Assembly: GCA_946965045.2 (NCBI GenBank)
Contig: OX337241.1
Span: forward strand, 1,178,001 to 1,242,000
Direction of reading: 5' to 3'
Length of the DNA: 64,000 bases
DNA from: Epithemia pelagica
Lineage: Eukaryota; Protista; Bacillariophyta
The position numbers and the translations under genes were made by a program. Positions 23,380 through 35,734 of the stretch are shown here, piece by piece (the stretch's first letter is position 1; each line of letters opens with the position of its first letter). The notes beneath the pieces are model-generated. The model made no database searches. It saw nothing but the letters and a program-made list of their open reading frames with translations, and was not told where the DNA came from.

Positions 23380-26300
23380 TCATGATCCAGCAGTGTTACG
23401 ATCTTTTGTTGTTGTTTGTGAAGGATCTGATGATGATGTATATCTTGCTCTCAACGAATCACTTGCTGAGTCATTGAACTCATTGGCCCATTTACTGGCA
23501 GGAAGTACCTCCCATACAATATCGGAATAGTTCCTGTGATTCCGAGTATATTCAAGCAATATTTCTCTTTCCGCATCAGAATGCAGGTATTCCGGTACCT
23601 TATCTCGGTGTTGGATCATTTCCGGGTTTTCATCGATCACTCCTACCAATTCAACTATATTGGTGATAGGAACCAATACAAGATCGGGAACACGGGAATT
23701 CCGGGTAAAGGCCTTGCTCCATCGAATGAAAAGGACGGAGGACTTCTCTTTATCCTTGTCACTACGACGATAAGTGGTTCGTAGTAAAGCATGTGTGACA
23801 TCTCTCGGTTTTTCTTGGTGGATTCTTGATGTACGAGCATCATTTCCCTGTTCTTGCATGTGACCAGCACTTTCCCGTTGTTCCCATGGTCTGCGTATGA
23901 AGCATAAAACCTGACAGAGTACCAAGATATTGTCTGTTCCCTGATTACCTGTTGCAGTGTCAGTGAATGGTGTTCGCTGGTGTCGTGGGATCCATGCTTT
24001 CACCCAGTCTCTCCAAGGACCCTCACTTTGGTAATTAGGATGACATCGGATACCACCTATGTTTTCGTCCCTGAATTTGACCTCTGTACACCCATGGATC
24101 ATGATGTAATCACTTGTGTCATTCTGTTGTATAATATTCATTTGTGTGAAGAGTGCACTTGCATGTTTCACCAGGAAGTCAAGGATTACTTTTGGGAGGA
24201 TCATACCGGTATTTGTTTTCGAAATATACTTGTAAGTACACTTGACCACGGGGCTCTCTGTCCGTCCAAATCTGACCAATTGGATTTGTATTGTTGTCCC
24301 TCGCCCCTTGAATTTACATCTATCTTCTTCACCGTCCTCGTCATTTTCCTTGCCACAATGGTTGGAGATTGACCATTTTTTAGTAGCTCCACGTCATCTT
24401 GTTTGATCCCTGATGCTTTACAGAGCAGATCCCATGCCTGCATCTGCCATATGTTATCACCAAGTTGACTGTCGAAGACACCCTTACCCCGCTTTTGTAC
24501 TGTTTTGGCATTCAGTTTGACAATTTCTTTGTGGTTACTCTCCTCTGATTCAGTGTCGGATATTTTAACTGGGCCGAAATTGGACACCTGTCGAACTATA
24601 TGTACCAAGTTGTGGTATTTTGGGATCATCCAACCATTGCACATCAGTTTCCCTTTTTTATCCAATCGTGGTGCATACCGCCGTATACCATCCATCATTA
24701 TCTTGACAGATTCAACTGATCGTCGCGCTGTTTCCTTCGCGGCAGGAGAACGTGGGTCGCTATCCCAAAATCTATCCATCCTTGTCCAGCTGTTGAAACA
24801 GAGTATTGTCTCAAACAGGAAGAGGAAATCGAGATATGGTTCCCGTTCACCTTCATCCCAGATCGATGCATATGCCACAGGGTCATCGTCGAATACTGTT
24901 TCGCTCGTAACCTGTACCTCAATGTCAGGTTCACAATATTGGTAATCTTCATTTTCCTGTACATGAACGGGCAGATTGTCGTTGATATTTGTGGTTATTT
25001 CTTCGTTACTATCATCCACAGGTGAGTCATTCTCATCCGAATCGGATGAAGCATCAGCGATACTGTGGTGTACAACCGGGTTTTTTTTCGATTGTCGTTG
25101 ACGTTTATTGTTGGTAGTGGATACGTTGTTTTGTCCAGCGCCCATTCGTTGTCGTTTTTTCTTTTTTTTTTCTAATTCATTTTTCTTTCTCTTCCGTTCT
25201 TTCTCTTCTTCCTTTTTCTTTCGTCTCTCTTCTTCTTCTTTGCACCATTGTTTCCACTCTGCAACTACTTTTTTCCATTTCTCCGCCATAGTCGAAGCGA
25301 AAATAAGATGACCACGAACAGAAACACACAAAGCGGCTGAGACAAACATAATACCAACCCATTCATTGGCTGTTACCTTTGTAACATTACTGATACCTGC
25401 AGAGAAGGATGTTCTGGGGTACCCCCAACTAGAAGAATAAGAGAATATCGACTGCCGGTTGGCTCGGAAGAAAGAGCTGTACAAGAAATCAAACATGGCT
25501 TTTTCTCTCATTGTCATCAGAGCAAAGAAATCAGTCATGATATATTTCATGATCCCCGATTTCAAAGTATGTAATACATCACAACATGCCGCGGTAAAAA
25601 TCCCATGTGTTTTATTAACACCCTCACCCAAATACAAATGGTTGTAGATGTTGTTCACTGGGTATTGTCCAATCTGATGTAAAATTTTCTTGGAATTGTT
25701 CACAGGTTCTCTCCAAGGATCCTCTCTCGGATCATCTATGCCGGGTTGTCCAGAATCGATAACTATTGGGTTTCCTGATGGTTTATCTAAACCAAGCACA
25801 CGGAGGCTTCTGAAATGGATAGGGTTTTTGAAGAGGTAGTTGCATGTGGACCATGGGTATCTAGACTCCCGAGGTGTGCAATCACACTGCCAAACAAGCC
25901 GGCCAACACTTTGATGATGAGATGCATATCTTCCTGCGATGTTATCTTGTGACTTCGCATCTCCCTTTATCATGATCACGGGTAATACTAATCTCACCAC
26001 CTTCTCGATCCCATGGATCCGTAATCGCATCCACAATCCACCTCGATTCTGTATCTTCAAAAGAGCTTGGTGTATTCGCGAGAGCTGTGCATGATAATTC
26101 CGACAGGGGGACCCCCTATCCAAGATGTATTTGGCCGCAGATGACTTCCGTTCCATATCTGTGATCAACCCTAAGATGATTTGTCTATTCGGTTTTCGCA
26201 TTTCAGACATCGTCAAAAATGAAGGTACCATAACAACTGGTTCCGCATTAAAGCGACCATCCCCTGTCGCGTGTGTCTTATCCATATAAGACAATAAACC

Positions 26301-27476
26301 AACAACGAAAGTATCGTTGTCATGTCTGTATTTCCGTACGGTACGTTGGAAAACATGGCCATCTTGTATGTTTTCGAGACATTTATTCGGTGTATAAGGG
26401 CGATACGGGTCGTCATCACATAATATTGTTTTATCCTTGGAAGTGGCTTCAGGATCTTGCAAGACACGTCGAAGTTGATGCACAAAATCAAATATAACGG
26501 TATCAACGGACTTCTCACTGTCTGGAACGATTATATCCTTTTTGGTTGTAACTTCCATTGGGACGGTGACAATCTTTGGTTTGGGGAAATCGAAACCTCT
26601 TTTTTCGAATTTCGCCATGAATCCCTTTCGCCGTGGATGTTTTTTATTGAAAAAACGTGAGCCACAACACTCGTTAGTATAATCAATCCATGCCAAAATG
26701 GCATCGAACATGAACTTCGGACACCCAGCATTCCGGAGGAGTATGGCCAACCTCAATAAAGCCTTGTCATCTTCGGAAAATTGGAGACCATTTTGTTCAA
26801 GATACACTGGAAATTCCAAAGGATTGTCTTTTGAGTTTTCATCGATAACATGGTCATCACTGGATGAACCTTTGCCTTGGACATCCTCATTGTCATCGAC
26901 AGTTTGTTGGAGCCCATCATCATGATCTGCTGATGGTCCCTCTTCTTGGTCCTCATCTGATTCTTCCTCATTCTCAGATGACAGCAAGGAATGAGCAATA
27001 TTTGTACTATTCCGACATGGCTGTCTCACGATGGGTTGTTTTTGTGTAGTGGGTTGCAGATCCTCTCTTTCCTCATCTTCTCGATCGTCCGCCCAGGGTA
27101 TCCCTACAGCACCATTGTCGGTTACTCCATTTTCTGAAATGCCTACAGCACTATCATCGGTTCCTCCATTTTCTAAATGATTTCCCTGATCTTTATCATG
27201 AGAGGTATTGTTCTCGACACCAGCAGTTTCGTGGCATATCATGGACGATTCGTGCTCCAATGCATGTGAGACCAAAGTGCCGTTTTCTCTTTTGGTGCTA
27301 CAAACCCTTTCATGTTGGAAGATCCCGGAGACGTGGAATAATACATGACAATTTCTACATTTACGACATGGAAGAATGGAACCACCTGTACTCGCATTTG
27401 GATCTTCGCCTACCCATTGATCTTTGATGACGGAAGGTTTATTTCTTAAATACCTTGGTTTACAAGGACGGCCCAT
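23380..27476 (-). CDS. Plavaka/CMC-family transposase, split by a -1 frameshift near 24375 (ORFs 24201-27476 and 23380-24279)
   Basis: N-terminal CxxC...H zinc-finger-like motif, YMDKT, KGDAKSQD, CDVLHTLKSG, PKYHNLVH, FGP and TESEESNHKEIVK. The second ORF supplies the C-terminal CHPNY..GPWRDW motif. Confidence 0.8.
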
Positions 27477-27910
27477 GGTATTGGTTTTGTGGTCCTTAGT
27501 CTTTGTGGAATGAGAATCATTGCTAATGTGACGACTGACACGAATGGTTTCGATTTTATGGTCGCCCGGCTCGCTTTTTCATTGGTTGTGGATGGATATG
27601 GTTTACCCCCACCCCCCCGCCCATCCACCCATACTATTCTACATAAACTATGAGTCTATCGGTACATGGGATCGGAACGAACACAAATGCCCATGTGGCA
27701 TTGGTCGTTTGAATGTATAATTGTCGCCTGTCGATTTGGTTCAATTCAAAAAAAACCGGGTGTACTCGGAACAAACGGCTCGACTTTTGAAAGTTGATAG
27801 TCGAAAGGTAAGACCTCAATGAAAACGGATTGGCATAACATTCTCCTCTTGTTGCACCCAAAACTCATTGCATTGTCAACACTTCTTATATCAGGTATAC
27901 TCTTCTTGTC

Positions 27911-30238
27911 ATGTCGCCCCCTTCTGAAATAAACCAGGGGACCAAGAATAGAAAACAAGGAAGCCAACGCTGTGGTGATCCAAAGCAAGATAAAAAGGAC
28001 AACCAAAACAGTAAGAATTCAGCGTTCCATGGTTTATCTGGTGGCAAAGATGTTGGAGAAAGCAGTACCGATGATGAAACAGACGACGAAGAAATAACGA
28101 TCAGAGATGTCAACAAGAAGAATAGCAATGATGACCGTAACCAAGAGGATTCAGGATCCGTATCTGAAAAGAGTCAGGTAATATATCAGGAAAGAGGAGG
28201 ACGGGGAGCTTCATCCAACGAATCCCAGGACCAAGGTAGTACCATGAGCTGTACAGGAACCCGTGGTGTTACTAATACAGGAGCACCTATGGAATCCGAA
28301 CACAATACTGCTGTTATGAATGGAGTCGACCATGGTCAGCGAGTTCCTTATAATGCGAATGGAGTTGCTCCATATCCGAATCATACCCATCCTTATCCTC
28401 ACCAGCAACCAAATCCATCGGTGTTGTCATTTCTTCCTCAAGGGCAACAACAACATCAGGTCCATACACAGTTCAATTATTCCCAAGCTCCTCTTGGGGG
28501 GCAACAACATCATCATTTCCCGGCGGCGTCATCATCTACGATTTATCCACAACAAGGAACTGGTATTATGGTGCATCAAGGATACCCACAACAGCAGATG
28601 ATGTCTGTCCCATACCCACCCAATGGGGGCGTTCTGATGCAAGGAGGCGCTGGTGTTCACCAACCACAGCAAACACATCACCATATGGATACAAATAATA
28701 TTGAGTGCGCAGCTAATGACAATGGTGGTGTGACTGTAATGTCGCACCAAGATGTTGAAAATATTATGGAAGAGGTTATGGGTGGTGGTGGTGGTGGTGG
28801 CGGAGGAGTCAGTCGCGTTTGTAAGTAAGGTGTACTTCCTTTGTTTTGTTTGTGCCCTATCGGTATTGACTGGTTAGAGTGGAACTCTAATCTGGGTTGA
28901 TGTGGGTTTGGAAATGTACAATCGAAAAAGATGTGGACTTCTGGATGGATGATGTTTCCTCACTTTCTGATCTCTCTTGGTCGTCATCATCTCTTGTAGC
29001 CATGGAAGTCGGAGGCGATAGCTCAATGGTTGCATCATCTATCTATGGTACTAGTGATGGTCAGAGTTCTGGGGCTAATGCAACGTCTGGTGAGAGGGAA
29101 AGAAGGAGAGAATACAAGAGGGAAAGAAAGAGAGAACAGCAAAGAAAGAGCAGGAGCAAATACAAGGATCTACCCTTAGCTTGTCGTACGGATGAGTTCC
29201 AGACTTTTGTGCCTGATGTTGCTTGGAGGTACGTGAAGTATTTCTCACTTGCCGATGATTGTGATGCAGATGATAATGGATTATGGCATTTGGGGAAGGA
29301 TCACTTCAAGGCGTATTTCGAACGAGAAAAGATTATTGGTGATGTGGCTAAGGCAAAGTGGTGGGAAAGGTATTCCCCCCATTTGAGGAAAGAATTCAGA
29401 CGCAAGAGATCAAATGTTCTACAATCGCTAAGGTTCAGGTTCATGAGTAAGTTGGTACTGTCTTGGTGCTATCTTGTTCTCATTCTTGTGGAAAGTTTTG
29501 TTCTAACATGAGCCTTCCTGCCTGGCAGAACATTTCTCGTTAAATCTATGGAGAACACATGGTGGTGGAATTGTTCCGCGACAATTCCCTAAGTTATTGG
29601 TTGACGATGAAAATCTAGGTCCTATGCCAAGTCTTGAAGAGATGATGCAAATGAGAGGAGTGAATGGAGACAATGATGCTTATGTTTTCATGTTTGAAGT
29701 ATTTGGGGGGTCGGTTTATGGAGATGGAATGGTGAGAGATATCATTAATCAAGATATTACAGCTAATACACCAGAAGCACAAAAGCAAGCAATATGGAAG
29801 GAAGCGATGAGTAAGTTTACTACGAGTGATGAAGCTTTCATTCTCTTGGCTCTTGAAGATTCATGGGATGCATGGGCTCTGAGGAGCAGACAAGAGTTCA
29901 AACAAAAGTTGTACAAAGAAGACCCTGCTTGGTGTCAAGCGCACCAAATTAATGAGGACATTGATACAGATGGAGTAGAACAATACAAGTATTCAGGTTG
30001 TGCAAACAAAAAGGGACGTGGTATGAGTGATATTGGCCTTGATCGTCTTGATGAATTGCAGCAGAAGGTGAGGGATGATCGAGAATATGTATCAGTTGAT
30101 GGACTGTTTCAGAGACAAAATGTGTTCATGGAGAATCTTCTTAAGAAACATCGGGAGAGGATGGGATATGTGGACAGTGCTGATCAAGATCAACCGCAGC
30201 AGAAAAAGCGGAGGAAGCACGGACTCTGGTTTTTTTAA
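27911..30238 (+). CDS. Spliced transposon accessory protein; predicted exons 27911-28820, 28931-29446, 29529-30238
   Basis: GTAAGT donors at 28821 and 29447 and AG acceptors ending at 28930 and 29528 join three ORFs in frame. Q/P/H-rich N-terminus and C-terminal TSDEAFILLALED..W and KY..G...G..R motifs. Divergent from the transposase. Confidence 0.6.
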
Positions 30239-30327
30239 ATAGTATCTCTTCATTAGCTTCTGTGCATGTTTTCACATTCTTCTGTGGATGGTATCGATTG
30301 TGTTGTGAAATGAGTTACCATAAGTGT

Positions 30328-30540
30328 GTGGCTTCTGCTGGTGCTTTTGGAGTCTGAGATGCAAAAGGTGGGTGGCTTCTGCCGGTGCTTTCGGTGCCTG
30401 AGATGCAAAAGGTGGGTGGCTTCTGCCAGTGCTTTCGGAGCATGGGATGCTAATGGTGTGTGGCTTCCGCTGGTGCTTTCGGAGCATGGGATGCAAAAAG
30501 GTGAGTGGCTTCCGCTGGTGTCATTGGAGAATGGGATAGG
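30328..30540. repeat. Tandem repeat, 44-bp unit, about 5 copies
   Basis: gtggcttc(t/c)gc.ggtgctttcgg.gc.tg.gatgc.aaaggtg recurs. Confidence 0.85.
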
Positions 30541-30883
30541 AGAGATTGGGGGTTTGCCCTTGTGTTATTGCACCTGTGGAGAGGGTGTATAGATGCCTTG
30601 TTCCGATGAGGTTGGTACTTTGTGTTCAGAGTGTTTTGGACGTGGAGGGCAAGGTCAGTGTGCTTAGAAGGTAAGTTCTCTGTGCGTGGAAGATGGGAGT
30701 GTGCGTGCGTGGAAGATAGGGTCGCCGTGAATGTGTATGATGTTGTATGTGCGTGATGGTGGGGGGGGATTAGTCAAAATGGTGTAAATCCGTATAAAAA
30801 AACCGGGTACGAAAAATGGCGCATGCCGACGGCGCGTATGGGGTGTGCGTTTTGGGGGCGCGTGACGCTGCCCTTAGACGCAT

Positions 30884-33022
30884 GGATTGTCGTTGGACAG
30901 GATATTCCAATTCATGGACGACATTCTTGGTATTCTGGATGCCAAGACATTGTCGTTTCGACAGGCCTATCGTCAAGCGCTCAACATCACCCAAGTAATG
31001 CACCGGATAGTCCCTATCAATGGCGACTTGCATGTGCGCTTTCACATGCTAGACGTCATTTATAGAATATTCTACGGTGGATTTCTTCAATGCTTTCAAT
31101 GGAGACTCAAGTGGAAGCGTTTGGATGCCAATGACGTGTCTCATACATACCGTCTGACCCATCGCTTGGCCGTCCTTGTTTTTGAGGAACTCGACAGGTT
31201 GATGCTTGATTTCTACGTCGCCAAGGTCTTAACGTTGAGCAAAGTAGATGAAATCCTCCATTTTGGTGATGGCAACGAATTGGCCATCTTTATTTCAAAG
31301 GAATATGTGAACTACCTGAACCAACAAGTGAGAGAATCAAAACACTGGTTAATGCGATTCTTGTGCAACTACCTTGTGCTCATGCGCAAGTATCTTACCT
31401 TCCTTGAGGCCGAACAACAAGGCGACGCAATCATAATGGAATCTATCATCGTGGAGTACCTTCCGTATTGGTACATCACCAAGAAACGTGTGTCCTTCAA
31501 TACACAGCTACGCTTGATAGAGCTGTATTATTATCGTCTTCCTATTTCCGTCTTGCAGCAGATCCGCCTCAACCGAACAAAGTGTCAAAAGCAAATGCCG
31601 AGTCCTGTTCTAAACAAGGAAAGTGCCTTGGACCAAATAATGGAGCGACTCATGCCCTTTTTCAAGGGCATGAGTCACAATGCTACTGAGATGGAGTTCG
31701 TTAAAGTGTCTAAGATGTTGACAGCTTGTCAGCGCTCTAAGCACTTTCTCGAATTCTATACACCGACTCGATCTGACGCGGAATATGAGCTGGCTGAACG
31801 GGAAAAAGAAATGATGAATGATACAACGCAAAATAAGGACACGAAGGTGCTTGTTGATCCTGGCCAACGACACAAGGCCACCACCAAGCCGTCAAATCTA
31901 ATGAACCGCGTCCTTGTAATGGAGATTCTCACCCTGGCCGGATGCCACGATATTGCACCAGACAAAGAGACGCCTGTTGACAAGAATTGGTTTTGGCAGT
32001 CTATCGAGTCGACGACCCTGGAAGTACACAAGAAAAAAACCAGGATTGATAATGGCAAGGTGGAAACGGATGCGACAGACAAATACGTCATGATCCAGGT
32101 TAACAAGATGATGGAAGGTTTGAGGAAGCGTCCGTCCCGAAAGAAAAAGGACGACACGGAAGAGAAGAACGAAAGTAGCGAGTCCAACTCAGAGGATGAC
32201 AGTGACGATGATGGCAACGTAGAATCCAACGATGACAATACCAAGGATGGCGAGGAAAGCACGGTCATTGATTTGGAAGCTGAGATGAAAGAATACAACG
32301 ACGAATGTGGGTCTGAAGCACATGGTATGTCGTACTTCAGCGACGACAAGGTGGCTGTTGTAGACGTCGAGAACGAAGCTTCAAGGTTCGCCATGAATCA
32401 GGAGGAAGCCCTGGATACAGTGCCTATTGGAGACTCGGCATTTGATGAGTCCATGGAGATGTCGCGCCAAGAGGAAGAGAATGAAGATGTCGACGTGATT
32501 CGGAACGGCACCCAAAAAGATGACGAGGACGAGATTCCTGAAACACAAATAGAGGAATTGATAATGGAAGATGCTGATGAAGTTGTGGACGATGACCAAG
32601 GCATTGAGGACGACGCTGAAGAGAGCAGTGATACGGAGGCAACAGAGTCTCCTTCCAATGACAGCCAGAAGGAACCAGCGGAAGTTAATCAGACCCTCAA
32701 CGTCAAGAAGAATGTGAAAGGAATGAAGGTGTGGGAGATGAATGACCTGGCTTGCAAGGACATAGTATCCGTAGCCTTACAGAAAATGGGAGAGAAGCAT
32801 ATATTGGATGCAAGGCAACGAGATGCCGAACGTAAGGAGCGGGAAAACCATTTCTTGCGTTTTAAACTTTATAATCGACTCGTCGAGATGGAAGAGAATT
32901 CTGCCCGACTTGGGTGGGACGAGGAAAGTACAGGTATGGAAGATGACGACATAATGGATGAAGACCCTTTAGACCGGGCGGGCAAGTACTTTGAAAATTA
33001 CAAAAGAAATTGGAGAACTTAA
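30884..33022 (+). pseudogene. Academ-like (DUF6589-like) transposase, C-terminal part
   Basis: Begins G-L-S-L-D-R immediately after the Plavaka right end, contains GDLHVRFH, and has an acidic tail. In frame with 2413-5547, giving about 1757 aa. Confidence 0.8.
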
Positions 33023-33075
33023 TTACTAACGGTACTACATGTTAAAATGATACTGGACAGTAGAGTGGCGTGTGG

Positions 33076-35250
33076 TTATTCCTTTGTAGGTAAGCTCTTG
33101 AAACCTGTCCATGAATCCGGATCATTAAGGCGTGGGTTCCCATTATCCATATAGCCAAGCTTTACAAGTAGATGTAGACCGTCAACCTCGGGTTCCAGAA
33201 TTTGGGCACAGAAGCACTTGATTATAAGTGCTTTGGTTCTTTGCCTAACATACCGGTTAGTTGTCAAACCCAAAACGGATTTCGGGAAAGCTTTGACTGG
33301 CTTACCACCAGGACCTGGAGTCTCTATGGAGAGGAGCTCGTCAAGAAAGCAGTCTTTGTGTAGGGAGAGCCTTGAAGAGGGTACCTTATCAGTGATGAAC
33401 AATCTCACGAGATATGCCTTGAAGTTTTCTATGTTGATTGCCGCATCAAGAGGCGTAGTAATCCGTGGTTTGGCACACCTCCAACAGGCGCCCCCACAAG
33501 ACGTAGGAATGTCACATTGTGTCTGTCGATGTGGATTCAACATCATTTGTTCCAACGCAAAATGCACGCAATGCCCGTCGTCCAAGCAAATAAGCGCTAT
33601 AACCTTTCGAATAGCGTTCCATTGGCGTTTTGCTAACGCATCAATGGACAACATGGTAGTAGATTTCATTGTAGAGGTAGGATTGCTTGACTGTTGGGAT
33701 GCCGCAGGTTTGTCGGACGCCTGTTTTCTTTTGGCAGCTTCGTATTTAGGTATAAGAAACACCCTCGTCATGAGCGCGACAAGGCTGTTTAGTGATATGA
33801 TCATGGTGAAGGAGGAGGTGTTAAAGGTTGCGGTCACGCTGCGTCCGCATCGTCCAGAACACTGAATCAGATCCTCCAGGCTCTGAGGGAAGCCATGGAA
33901 AATCACTGCGTCCACTTCATGGCAATCAATACCAGAGCTCGTGGTTCCAGCAGTAGCGAAGTATCCTACCGGGTCAAAGCGGAGAAGGCGTCGGGTGGTC
34001 GGACAGGTTTCCACAAGGGGCTTTCCCACGAAAAGATTTGTGTTGTGGAACTTTTGTTCCCTGTACATGTTTCCATGTACCAACACGAGATCTTTTTGGA
34101 TTCCCAGTACATTCAGCTGGTGTCAACATTTTTGATGAAGGTCGATAATGGCTTTCCGTGAATTGGAATATATCATTATCTTCCTTCCACCGGATGCACG
34201 AGATATTCTTACGAGGTCCCTCTTTATGCGACGAAGGGGGGTATCTTGAAAGCAAATGTTAAGCGATGTTGCGACGCTCTACCCCTGAGTGGCAATGGGG
34301 CCAAATAAGATCGTTTGTGGGACAGAAAGACAACCCTGTTAACGCTTCAAGGTCAGACACCATTGTCAGCGAGGCGGTAGCTGTCATGAAGAGAATGGGA
34401 ATTGGTGTAGTGGCCCAACGCTTGGCACACTGAAAGAGAACCTGCTTGAGGTCACTGAATTCCTGACGAAACTCCATGCCGTGACATGCATAAAGATGGC
34501 ACTCGTCAACAGCAATGAATCGTAAGGTTCCGTTTTGGAAACATTTGGTAATGGTTTGGCACCACTGAGGGTCTCGCGTCAACTTTTGGGGGGAAGAAAA
34601 CAGAGCGATTGTTGTTTTGGATTCTGGAGACAAACTCTCCAACCGTTGGCGAAGAAAGTCGTTGTTGTTGGTGGACCGTATGACATCCAAGTTAAAGACA
34701 CGAAGACGCTTGCCCAGGCCTTGATTGGAAGACAGATTTGTTAACTTCGAGGTTTGATCTGCTGATAGACTCAACAGAGGCACGATTGTAAGCGTGATGC
34801 CGCCGCATATGAAGCCACATACATCGCGTACGGCGGACTTTCCCCACCGGTGGACCGAACAAGGAGCAATGGACGCAAACGTTGAGAGGGAACGCGTTCG
34901 ACGTGACGACGGAGGACTTGTTGGCATGCCAGCATCTGCCACGGTCGAACGGTCTTCCCATGCCAGTCTTTGAATGATGCCTCGATGGACCTTGCAAGAT
35001 CAGGGGAGTCTTCGGAATGTTCAATCAAAGGGTCAGGTACGGAGTGTACCTCTTCGATGGTCGGCAAAGAGGCATTTGGGGCTTCGGAAGGATGGTCATC
35101 CATTTGGTTGTTGTTCGGTTGTTGTTGGTTGTATTGGTATGGAGCGATCGAAGCCGTCTGCAGGACTGGGCGCTCTATTTCAACGCCGTGGGGGTCCCTT
35201 GAGGTAGTAGAGACCACTTGTGCATGTCGGGGAGGATTGACAGGGTCCAT
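33076..35250 (-). pseudogene. RecQ-like SF2 helicase of the AcademH element, with three lesions
   Basis: Walker A TGG(G)KS is broken by a missing G at 34842-34845. PLLSLSADQ, SSPQKL, VDECH and MTATA are present. There is a frameshift near 34260, then IMIYSNSRK, an in-frame TGA at 34123-34125, and ATAGTTSSGID and QCSGRCGR. Confidence 0.85.
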
Positions 35251-35440
35251 GGGAGAAGATTGCGTTGTTACTAAATGGAGCTCGTAGTGGTTGCGTTGAG
35301 GTGGATGTGAGTTTTGGTCAAAAACGGGAAATCGCCAATTTTGAGGATCGCGCCTTGGGGGTGAGTAAGGGAATGTACTCGTAGAAAATGACTCTCTAGC
35401 AGCCTAAAAACTCACCCCCGCTGGGGGGTACGCAAGCTAC

Positions 35441-35483
35441 CACAGCAAAGGGCGACAGCAGGCAATTGGACGAAGACCGATTG
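35441..35483. repeat. Right part of the ~170-bp dispersed repeat
   Basis: acagcaaagggcgacagcaggcaattggacgaagaccgattg matches ~43598-43639. Confidence 0.9.
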
Positions 35484-35734
35484 TCAGCGATAGACCTCTA
35501 GCCAAGTAGCTAGACTAGTGATACCGACACTAGATATAGTAGCCTAGTGATACTAGCTAGACTCTAGTGATACCATCGCTATGTCTAGGTGACAGACCAA
35601 TGACGAAATGGAAATGAGCGATAAGAGCTCAGTGTTTTGGAACATCGCAACGTCCAATACGCTTTGTACCGTCTTTTTGCTCTCCCCTTGGACTTTTGGT
35701 TGGTGCGAACTTCTGATGTCGTGTCTTTTGCATC

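Larger units (their letters stand above)
5548..30881. mobile_element. Giant Plavaka/CMC-type DNA transposon, 25,334 bp, with cargo genes and satellite arrays
   Basis: 10-bp TIR GCGTCTAAGG (5548-5557) / CCTTAGACGC (30872-30881), flanked by AT at 5546-5547 and 30882-30883. Excision restores ggc gat gga ttg tcg (G-D-G-L-S) in the host transposase. A Plavaka-like transposase lies inside. Confidence 0.85.
2253..35430. mobile_element. AcademH-like DNA transposon, 33,178 bp including the nested Plavaka element (about 7.8 kb without it)
   Basis: Left end TACCCCCCAGCGGGGGTGAGTTTTTAGG is the reverse complement of the right end CCTAAAAACTCACCCCCGCTGGGGGGTA, and an imperfect TIR extends about 85 bp. 10-bp TSD CGCAAGCTAC at 2243-2252 and 35431-35440; an uninterrupted copy of the target is at ~43586-43595. 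The element encodes a DUF6589-like transposase and a convergent RecQ-like helicase. A helicase plus 9-10 bp TSDs is the published AcademH signature. Confidence 0.85.
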
